64,000 bases of DNA from Bdellovibrionota bacterium (GTDB taxonomy: Bacteria > Bdellovibrionota > Bdellovibrionia > Bdellovibrionales > JAEYZS01): contig JAZKEU010000007.1 of the NCBI GenBank assembly GCA_040386775.1, forward strand, positions 19,459 through 83,458. The letters are read 5' to 3'. The notes beneath the pieces were generated by a model that was given only the letters and a program-made list of their open reading frames with translations, was not told where the DNA came from and made no database searches. Below are positions 1-6,924 of this stretch, one piece after another (the first letter of the stretch is position 1; every line of letters starts with the position of its first letter). Both the position numbers and the translations under genes were made by a program.

Positions 1-368
1 TTGATGATGTGAACAACTTGTGGAAGAGTGAAATATTGTTTTTCTTTTTTAAAGCGGTTAAGGGCCTGTCTTAAATTTTTTCCATCCACGTACTGCATGG
101 CCAGATAGAAAAGACCACTCTGTTCACCAAACTCATTGATCGATACAACATTGGAATGAGCGAGATGAATTGCGATCTTCGCTTCTTCTTTGAACATTTC
201 GATGAATTCGTTGTTTTGAGAATATTGGGGCAAAATTCTTTTGATAGCCAAGAACTTGGTAACGTTTTCCGCACCTGGTGCCTTCGCAAGATAAATCTCC
301 GCCATACCGCCGGTTGCGATTTTATCGAGCAAAATATATTTTCCAAAAATTTCTGTTTTTATATCCAT
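1..368 (-). CDS. Ser/Thr protein kinase, N-terminal part (gene continues past window start)
   Basis: Not in ORF track because it has no stop in the window. Manual reverse translation from ATG (368-366): MDIKTEIFGKYILLDKIATGGMAEIYLAKAPGAENVTKFLAIKRILP...YLAMQYVDG. This shows a Hanks-type Gly-loop and the subdomain II A-x-K lysine. Confidence 0.8.
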   Translation of the reverse strand, partial: MDIKTEIFGKYILLDKIATGGMAEIYLAKAPGAENVTKFLAIKRILPQYSQNNEFIEMFKEEAKIAIHLAHSNVVSINEFGEQSGLFYLAMQYVDGKNLRQALNRFKKEKQYFTLPQVVHII

Positions 369-495
369 CATTATCTCTAGAGTTTTATCGGTAAAATGTG
401 CTAATCTTTTAATGATTTAGAGGCCTTCTAAAAGAATACTGACTGTGGCAATCTTATCTTTGGTCTAGGCAAATGGAAATCACGTAGGAAGTCAT

Positions 496-1104
496 ATGAA
501 ATGGATCGGTTTAACAGGCGGAATGGGTACGGGAAAGTCGACAGTATCAATGATTATCCAGACCTTAGGCTATAATGTCTTAAATGCAGACAAGAGTGCC
601 CACGAAGCCTTAAAGAAAACTTCATCTATTTTTCCTGAGATCCTTAGAATTTTTAGCGACAAAATACTAGGTCCAGATGGTGAAATCGACCGTCGAAAGT
701 TGGGATCGATAGTTTTTGCAGATAAGTTTATGCTAGAAAAACTAGAGGCCATCACTCATCCATTCATTCAAGATCAAACTCAAAAAGAAAGAGAAGCTCT
801 TGCCGCCAAAGGTGTAGAGATGGCTTTTTATGACATTCCACTTTTGTTCGAAAAAAAATTGCAAAAGAGATTTGATAAAATTGTTGTAGTGACTTGCGGT
901 AAAGAAACTCAAATTCAAAGAGCTATGGAGCGTACAAAACTTTCCCGAGAAGAAATCAGACAAAGACTAGCTAATCAAATGGCAATGGAAACCAAAGCCA
1001 AAATGGCCAACTATGTAATTCGAAATGATGGATCCATGGAAGAATTAAAAATGAAAGTTCAAGATCTAATCCTCCAACTCAAACAAGATCTAAAACTCGT
1101 TTAA
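496..1104 (+). CDS. coaE: dephospho-CoA kinase
   Basis: 202 aa. N-terminal P-loop IGLTGGMGTGKST; length and layout typical of CoaE. Confidence 0.9.
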   Translation: MKWIGLTGGMGTGKSTVSMIIQTLGYNVLNADKSAHEALKKTSSIFPEILRIFSDKILGPDGEIDRRKLGSIVFADKFMLEKLEAITHPFIQDQTQKEREALAAKGVEMAFYDIPLLFEKKLQKRFDKIVVVTCGKETQIQRAMERTKLSREEIRQRLANQMAMETKAKMANYVIRNDGSMEELKMKVQDLILQLKQDLKLV

Positions 1105-1108
1105 GTCC

Positions 1109-1840
1109 CTAAAAAGCCCAGGACCAGCCGAGGCCTAGCATGGCTAGGAAATCTTCTTTTCCCCAATGAATATCTAGATCTAAGCGGAAAGAATGTGGGT
1201 CGCTCATGAGGTCTTCCAATCCCACACTACCGACTACGGAATAACTTTTAAAATCAAAAGGTGTTTCGAGGTGATCTCCGGGATCAAATCTTATGGCTGC
1301 GCCGATTTTATAATAAGGTCTTAATCCATCTGTGTGGTCGATGATGTATTTGTATCCGCCATTGATATAGAGGATGGATTCATTTCCAGATAACAAATCC
1401 AAACCATACTCTTGATGTTTTGAATTTTCACTCTTGAGCATATATTTAAATCCAAAAAGCACGGGAACTTTTTTATCGCCATTATCTTTATTGAGTTCTT
1501 TGAAATTTGCCGCCGCTCCAGTCCTCAGCGAGAGGGAGGACGGGTAAGAGAAAAAATATTTTTGCTTTTCTTCTTCGATAATATCCTCATCGTCTTCTGA
1601 AATTTTTGCTGGGCTTTGTGCTGGTGGTATTTTTGTGAATTTCTTTTCGTAATCGATCAATTTTCGTTGTTCTCTTTTATTCGGCTTATCTTCTGGTGCG
1701 GCAATTGCAAATGTGCTCAAGACCAAGGTCATTATTGCGACGGTACGGGATTGGAAAAAGTAATTTTTAAAGTAAACTAAGAATACATCAAAGGTTGTTA
1801 AATTTTTTTTATCCAAAGGGAATTCATGCTTAAGGTTCAT
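1109..1840 (-). CDS. hypothetical secreted/outer-membrane protein (start uncertain)
   Basis: ORF 1109..1888. The longest start overlaps the divergent gene at 1826, so ATG 1840 (MNLKHE..) or ATG 1732 (MTLVLSTFAIAA..) is more likely. Hydrophobic signal-like segment; beta-strand-like C-terminus ending GWSWAF. Confidence 0.45.
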   Translation of the reverse strand: MNLKHEFPLDKKNLTTFDVFLVYFKNYFFQSRTVAIMTLVLSTFAIAAPEDKPNKREQRKLIDYEKKFTKIPPAQSPAKISEDDEDIIEEEKQKYFFSYPSSLSLRTGAAANFKELNKDNGDKKVPVLFGFKYMLKSENSKHQEYGLDLLSGNESILYINGGYKYIIDHTDGLRPYYKIGAAIRFDPGDHLETPFDFKSYSVVGSVGLEDLMSDPHSFRLDLDIHWGKEDFLAMLGLGWSWAF

Positions 1841-2977
1841 TTTTTTCTTCTCATGTTGTTTGCAATGGCGTCTACCGCCTTTGCCCAAGAAACTTTAAAT
1901 TACGGCATTCATCAACATTATATTGCTCCAAGAGCGATGGGAATGGGAAATACTTTTTCAGGTATCGATGATTATAATGTGCTTTTTTATAATCCAGCAG
2001 GTCTTGCTCATCTTGAGGAAGGTCGCATGAATATTGGTATTGGTGGCGGCGTCTCCCAAGACTTTTTAGATTTTGGAAAAGAAGTCTCTGACCTCGCAGA
2101 TATCGATGAGAATGATCCAACAAAAATTCAACAGATTTCAGATTATCTCCAATCAAAGTACGGCGAAACTTATGCAGGCCGTATTCCTCGGATGAATTTC
2201 ATTTACGCACGTCCTAAATGGGGAATTGCTTTTATCCCCGTGGATCTTTCTGTGGTGATGATGCCACATCAATTGACGGGCCCGGCGCTGGATGTGACAG
2301 CTTACCAAGATTCTACCTTGGCATTTGGGTGGTCAAAGAGAACTAGCAACAAAAAATTTTCTTGGGGATTTTTGGGTAAGGCAATATATAGAGCAAACAT
2401 GGATAGGTCACTACTCGCAATTGATTTGGCAAGCGATGGCGATGTGGTTCGAGATGAAGATTTTAAAGAGGGCATGAGTGTAGATGCCGACGTTGGAATG
2501 ATGTGGAGTCCTTTCCTCGGAAAAAACAAAGGATTCTTTAAAAAATTAAAGCCGACATTCTCTGCGGTAGTAAGAAATATTGCGGATTATGGATTCACAA
2601 GTAATTTTGAAATTTTTAACGAAAATTCAACAGAGCCCGCAAAACTTCAAAGAAGAATTGATTTGGGTTCGAGATGGGATTTTCCGACATTCTCGGTTTT
2701 TGAACCGCGCTTGATGATCGATGTGAGAGATATTCTTCACGATTATTGGAGTTTGGAAAAAGGCCTTCACCTGGGGGCAGAATTAAAATACAAAGTGGGC
2801 AAAGGTCTTCATGGTTCTATTCAGGGCGGATTGAACCAAATGCTTTGGACCGCAGGCGTAGGCATTCAAACTTATTTCTTCAAAGTAGAATTAACCTCCT
2901 TTGCAGAAGAGTACGGTACAAAGAGTGCAAAGAAATCTGACAGAATGTACTTGGCTCAAATCAACTTTAACTTTTAG
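1826..2977 (+). CDS. outer-membrane beta-barrel protein, paralog 1 (GMG...NPAGL family; FadL/TraF/PorV-like motif)
   Basis: 383 aa. Signal peptide MLKVHFFLLMLFAMASTAFA/QE. N-terminal RAMGMGNTF..FYNPAGLA and C-terminal GLNQMLWTAGVG...INFNF (terminal Phe) are shared with the ORFs at 3799 and 5704. Confidence 0.7.
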   Translation: MLKVHFFLLMLFAMASTAFAQETLNYGIHQHYIAPRAMGMGNTFSGIDDYNVLFYNPAGLAHLEEGRMNIGIGGGVSQDFLDFGKEVSDLADIDENDPTKIQQISDYLQSKYGETYAGRIPRMNFIYARPKWGIAFIPVDLSVVMMPHQLTGPALDVTAYQDSTLAFGWSKRTSNKKFSWGFLGKAIYRANMDRSLLAIDLASDGDVVRDEDFKEGMSVDADVGMMWSPFLGKNKGFFKKLKPTFSAVVRNIADYGFTSNFEIFNENSTEPAKLQRRIDLGSRWDFPTFSVFEPRLMIDVRDILHDYWSLEKGLHLGAELKYKVGKGLHGSIQGGLNQMLWTAGVGIQTYFFKVELTSFAEEYGTKSAKKSDRMYLAQINFNF

Positions 2978-2985
2978 AGGATAGA

Positions 2986-3663
2986 ATGAAAAAATTATTA
3001 TTGAGTTTAGCTCTTATCACATCGGGTTTAGTTGGTTGCGAAGAAAAAGATGACGATAAAATCAGTAAAGCACAAAAATGTTTGGACGAAGCTTTAATTC
3101 CAGGAGATGCAGCCGCTTGCGAAGCAATAATCGTAGGAATCAACAATGAAAAAGCAAATCGCATCAGGTGCTCTCTAGCGGTTTTAGAAAGTGGAACAAC
3201 GCAATCTGAGATCATCAGCGCATTCCAAGCTATGGACACGGGAACAGAAGACCCCGTTGTCGAACTTGCGACAATATTAGGAGTTGGAGACCAGGATAGC
3301 AGCGGTACAGTGGATGCTGCGGATGAAGCAGTTGCTGAGAATATTAAAAACGTTTGCTATACATCTGAGTCCAAAGGATTAAGAACTGTAGCACAATTGA
3401 TTCTTTTTGGAACTAGAGCACAAGTAGCTGCAGAAGCTCTTGGAGATCCCGAAGACCCAGAAGATGTTGCAGATAATATTCTGTTGATGCCACCAGCAGA
3501 AGCCGGTGAATTTGCAAACGATGTGTTTGATCTTTACTGCGTTCCTGAATTTAGCAATACCGATATTTGTGAAACGTTGAGCTCAGCTGGTGCGGGATCT
3601 GGCGATAATGCTACAGTAGGAGCTGCACTTCAGGCTTGTATAGCTGCCAACAATTGCAATTAA
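2986..3663 (+). CDS. acidic Cys-rich lipoprotein (unknown function)
   Basis: 225 aa. Lipobox LALITSGLVG/C; RBS AGAGGA upstream of ATG 2986. Ten Cys in total, nine after the lipobox Cys, and Asp/Glu rich. Sits between two paralogous barrel genes. Confidence 0.7.
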   Translation: MKKLLLSLALITSGLVGCEEKDDDKISKAQKCLDEALIPGDAAACEAIIVGINNEKANRIRCSLAVLESGTTQSEIISAFQAMDTGTEDPVVELATILGVGDQDSSGTVDAADEAVAENIKNVCYTSESKGLRTVAQLILFGTRAQVAAEALGDPEDPEDVADNILLMPPAEAGEFANDVFDLYCVPEFSNTDICETLSSAGAGSGDNATVGAALQACIAANNCN

Positions 3664-3798
3664 ATTTTCATCAAAGGCGCGAGATTTCTTCTCGCGCGAA
3701 GTCCAGTCTAGTTTTTCTTCAATAATCTCATAGTGAGTCGTCTTTACTCCGAAACATTAACTAGAGAAATCTATTAATGGATTAAGGATAATTCTCAA

Positions 3799-4884
3799 AT
3801 GAAGAACAAGGATGTTTTAAATTATTTTTTGCTACTCTTATTTCTATCTGTGAATTCATTCGCAGCAGAGAGGTATGAGTTTTATACGGGTGCTCGTCAA
3901 ATGGGAATGGGCGGAGCCTCTATTGCCGTGGTGAACGACGAAACGGCATTGATTCAAAACCCCGCGGCTCTCGGAAAACTCAGAGAAAAATACCTAACAC
4001 TTGTGGACCCAGAAGTTCATATGGGTGAAACAACTGCGCAAATACTTAAAGACAAAGATTATGATTTAACCAAAACTATGGATCCTCAAGATCTTTTGGA
4101 TATTTTGAACGCAAATCCCGACAAGCACTTTCATTCTAAAGTTCAACTCTTCCCATCGTTGGTGTTCCCCAATTTTGGTATCGGGCTTCTCGCCAGTTAC
4201 AACTATGATGCGGAGGTGACGAGTGCAACAAGCGAATACAATTTGCGCTATAGAAATGATTATGGAGTTTTGCTTGGGTATAATTTCAGATTCTTTGATG
4301 GAATTATTAAGCTCGGTTTCAATGCAAAATACATTAACCGCGTCGAAATAGACGATCAGTATCCGACGACTTCCACAGGAATGGCTTGGAAAGACATCGT
4401 CAACGAAGGAACTGCAATTGGCTCTGATGTAGCATTGATGATGACGGGTCCATGGAAATATCTTCCGACGCTAGCGTTGGTATTAAAGGACGTCGGCGAT
4501 ACTAGCTACAGCCTCGGAGGCGGAATGTTTTATAGCGGACGTCCCGAGCCTACAAAAACGGATCAGACATTGGATGTGGGTTTCTCTCTTTCTCCTATAT
4601 TGGGTAAGTATTCCAGAATGCAGTTGGTGGCGGAGTACCGTGACGTGATGACGGATGATGACGATGAGGTGACTGCGCGTCGTTTGCATTATGGTCTGGA
4701 ATTTAACTTCTTCGACAAACTTTTCCTTCGCGGTGGTATGAACCAAGGCTATTGGACGGCAGGGGCGGAAGTGGCGAGTGAAAACATGCAATTTCAATTT
4801 GCAGCCTACGGAGAGGAAATAGGAACTAGGGATGCGGAAAGAGAAGATAGAAGATATATCTTCAAATTCGCGTTGAGGTTTTGA
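3799..4884 (+). CDS. outer-membrane beta-barrel protein, paralog 2 (GMG...NPA family)
   Basis: 361 aa. Signal peptide ..LFLSVNSFA/AE. Motifs ARQMGMGGASIA..IQNPAALG and GMNQGYWTAGAEV...EDRRYIFKFALRF (terminal Phe). Confidence 0.7.
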   Translation: MKNKDVLNYFLLLLFLSVNSFAAERYEFYTGARQMGMGGASIAVVNDETALIQNPAALGKLREKYLTLVDPEVHMGETTAQILKDKDYDLTKTMDPQDLLDILNANPDKHFHSKVQLFPSLVFPNFGIGLLASYNYDAEVTSATSEYNLRYRNDYGVLLGYNFRFFDGIIKLGFNAKYINRVEIDDQYPTTSTGMAWKDIVNEGTAIGSDVALMMTGPWKYLPTLALVLKDVGDTSYSLGGGMFYSGRPEPTKTDQTLDVGFSLSPILGKYSRMQLVAEYRDVMTDDDDEVTARRLHYGLEFNFFDKLFLRGGMNQGYWTAGAEVASENMQFQFAAYGEEIGTRDAEREDRRYIFKFALRF

Positions 4885-4886
4885 GA

Positions 4887-5714
4887 ATGAAAAGAATATT
4901 TTTATTTTTAACCATTTTATGTCTCTTGAGCACTTCTTGCAAAAATGCATTTGAAGAAATGTCTTCAAAAGATTCTGAAGCAGCAATTCTATATTCTGCG
5001 AGACAACATTTGTCGGCGGGGAGATGGACAGAGGCGCTTTCGGAATTTGAAAAATTGCCAGCAGCAACGCTAGCAGAAACTGAAGTCGTGGTGGATAGAG
5101 CTTCTGCATATTCGGGGAGATGCGGGCTGGACTTCTTGGGTCTTTCGGATTTGATTGAAAATATTGGAACAACTCCGCTTATGGAATTGTTAATGACGAA
5201 TTTTCCAGCAACTAGCGCCGCTAATTATGCAGACTGCAAATTGGCCGAAGATCTTTTAAAAACCGTAGCAGACACGAGCGGTGTGGTTTCGACGGAAGAC
5301 GGACGATTCCTGATGGCTTTCAATGCTCTTGCAAAAATCGGAGTAATTTTAAATTTTAGAGCAGATGCTGATGAAAATGATGCTGTCGATGCAGGTTGGG
5401 ATCCTTGTGACGGGAATGGAGCAACGGATCTTCCCGCTGCTGAAGTGAGTGAAGTAGGAACAGGGATTGTTTTATTCTACAAAAACTTACAAGGCTTTAG
5501 CTTTGGATCCGACATCACGTCAGAAATCGAGGCGATCTGTACAGATCCAATGGTGGATGGTTCGCCGGTGGATTTTTGTGACGAAGAAGATGCGACAGCT
5601 TATACGAATGCTTATAGACAACTTATTCGAGGATTTATCCGTGATGATACGGATGGGATCGGGCTAGCTATAGATGCAGGACAAGGAGTGGCCGTCAGTG
5701 CTTGTGAGCCGTAA
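4887..5714 (+). CDS. acidic Cys-rich lipoprotein (unknown function)
   Basis: The track ORF starts at TTG 4881, which overlaps the upstream stop. ATG 4887 gives MKRIFLFLTILCLLSTS/C, a lipobox. Acidic with multiple Cys. Same position relative to a barrel gene as ORF 2986. Confidence 0.65.
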   Translation: MKRIFLFLTILCLLSTSCKNAFEEMSSKDSEAAILYSARQHLSAGRWTEALSEFEKLPAATLAETEVVVDRASAYSGRCGLDFLGLSDLIENIGTTPLMELLMTNFPATSAANYADCKLAEDLLKTVADTSGVVSTEDGRFLMAFNALAKIGVILNFRADADENDAVDAGWDPCDGNGATDLPAAEVSEVGTGIVLFYKNLQGFSFGSDITSEIEAICTDPMVDGSPVDFCDEEDATAYTNAYRQLIRGFIRDDTDGIGLAIDAGQGVAVSACEP

Positions 5715-6843
5715 GGGTAAACAAACATTTTTATTTTCTATTCTGATGGGATTATTGCTCATCACTGGAAATTCTTACGCGCGTGAATTGTACAATCGCA
5801 ATATGTCAGTGCGTGCATTGGGAATGGGAAATGCTTTTACACCCATCGCCCGTGGAATGGACGCTTTATTTTTCAACCCTGCAGGTTTAGCAAAAACAAA
5901 AGAAATCACTCTTACAGCTTTAAAATTTAAAATCGGAGTCAATGGCATTGATGCTTATGAGGATGCGCAAGATTTCGATGGCGATAATTATGCGGATACG
6001 TTGAGACAATTCTATGGAGATAATTTATGGATCGGTGGCGGGGCCGTCTCAGGGATATCGACTCCTAATTTTGCAGCAGCAATTTATGACTCTTTCAATG
6101 TGAGTGCGGATTTATCAAATCCTGCGTTACCAAGTTTTGAAGTGGATTTTGTCAATGACTACGGTATCGCCACGGGATTCGGAATGGAATTGGCTCCAGG
6201 TTTAGCATTAGGATTTGTAGGAAAGAGAATCAATCGTGCGGGTTCGACAGTTGAGATTCCAGTATCCTCACTGGCTTCACTTGATAACGATGATCTCGAA
6301 GAGCAATTGGACAATAGAGGCTTGGGATATTCTTTGGATGTGGGTGCCATGATGACTTTCCCAACGCCAGTAAAGCCAACACTTTCTTTTGTAATGAGAG
6401 ATGTGGGAAATACTAAATTTTCGTTGGACACAGGAATTAGAAATCCACCCACAGACAAGAGCGAAATGATTGGCGCATTGTCTCTTGAATTGGATGTTCC
6501 AGGAGTAACGATCACTCCCGTATTGGAAATGAGGCACATTGGTTCTGACGAAGAGATTCATATTGGTAAAAAGCTTCACATGGGCGTGGAAGTGGATCTG
6601 CCGGGTATTGATTTGAGGGCCGGTCTCAATCAGGGCTACTACACAGCAGGAGTAGCTCTAAATCTAGGTATAATTATGCTCGATTTCGCAACGTATGGTG
6701 TTGAATTGGGAGAGTACCCTGGCCAGCACGAAGATCGCAGATATGTTCTAGAATTAACCATAGATTTTGGCTTTGACCCCGCAAATGGAGTCTTCCTAGG
6801 CCTCAACAAAGAAAACCGAAAAAGATTAAAACAAAGACGCTAA
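5704..6843 (+). CDS. outer-membrane beta-barrel protein, paralog 3 (GMG...NPAGL family)
   Basis: Track ORF 5674..6843. In-frame GTG 5704 gives (M)SRKGKQTFLFSILMGLLLITGNSYA/RE and overlaps the upstream stop. Motifs RALGMGNAF..FFNPAGLA and GLNQGYYTAGVAL..EDRRYVLELTIDF, followed by a basic 24-aa tail. Confidence 0.7.
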   Translation: MSRKGKQTFLFSILMGLLLITGNSYARELYNRNMSVRALGMGNAFTPIARGMDALFFNPAGLAKTKEITLTALKFKIGVNGIDAYEDAQDFDGDNYADTLRQFYGDNLWIGGGAVSGISTPNFAAAIYDSFNVSADLSNPALPSFEVDFVNDYGIATGFGMELAPGLALGFVGKRINRAGSTVEIPVSSLASLDNDDLEEQLDNRGLGYSLDVGAMMTFPTPVKPTLSFVMRDVGNTKFSLDTGIRNPPTDKSEMIGALSLELDVPGVTITPVLEMRHIGSDEEIHIGKKLHMGVEVDLPGIDLRAGLNQGYYTAGVALNLGIIMLDFATYGVELGEYPGQHEDRRYVLELTIDFGFDPANGVFLGLNKENRKRLKQRR

Positions 6844-6916
6844 AGGTGAGCCGCACCTTTTCCAAAGGTTAGCGTCATTTTGACGCAAGTCTTTGCAAAA
6901 GGTGCGGCTCACCTTT
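6842..6916. repeat. 75-nt palindromic extragenic element (two inverted ~36-38 nt units); right arm also a T-tailed terminator
   Basis: AAAGGTGAGCCGCACCTTTTCCAAAGGTTAGCGTCATT ... TGACGCAAGTCTTTGCAAAAGGTGCGGCTCACCTTT, then TATATTTTTTT. The left unit recurs 37/38 identical at 59539..59576. Confidence 0.75.
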
Positions 6917-6924
6917 ATATTTTT

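Noticed and set aside
71-380. Track ORFs 71..346 (-) and 156..380 (+).
   Set aside because: A different minus-strand frame (368 to 1) gives a clean Ser/Thr kinase N-terminus with Gly-loop and AxK lysine. The listed ORFs have no recognisable features and overlap it.
3677-3697. Hairpin GCGCGAGA-TTTCT-TCTCGCGC after lipoprotein gene 2986..3663 as a terminator.
   Set aside because: The stem is real, but no T-run follows it (GAAGTCCAG..). It is not called as an intrinsic terminator. It may be an mRNA-stabilising stem or a weak pause site.
4483-5172. 229-aa antisense ORF spanning the barrel-2 / lipoprotein-2 junction.
   Set aside because: It lies fully antisense to two well-supported plus-strand genes (signal peptide, lipobox, paralog motifs). 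Its composition is typical of a shadow ORF, and it has no RBS or family signal.
6880-6924. TTG 6880 as the start of the AddB-like gene (longest ORF).
   Set aside because: This start and the first 15 codons lie inside the 75-nt palindromic terminator element (..FAKGAAHLY.. is its translation). A start at or after 6925 is more plausible.
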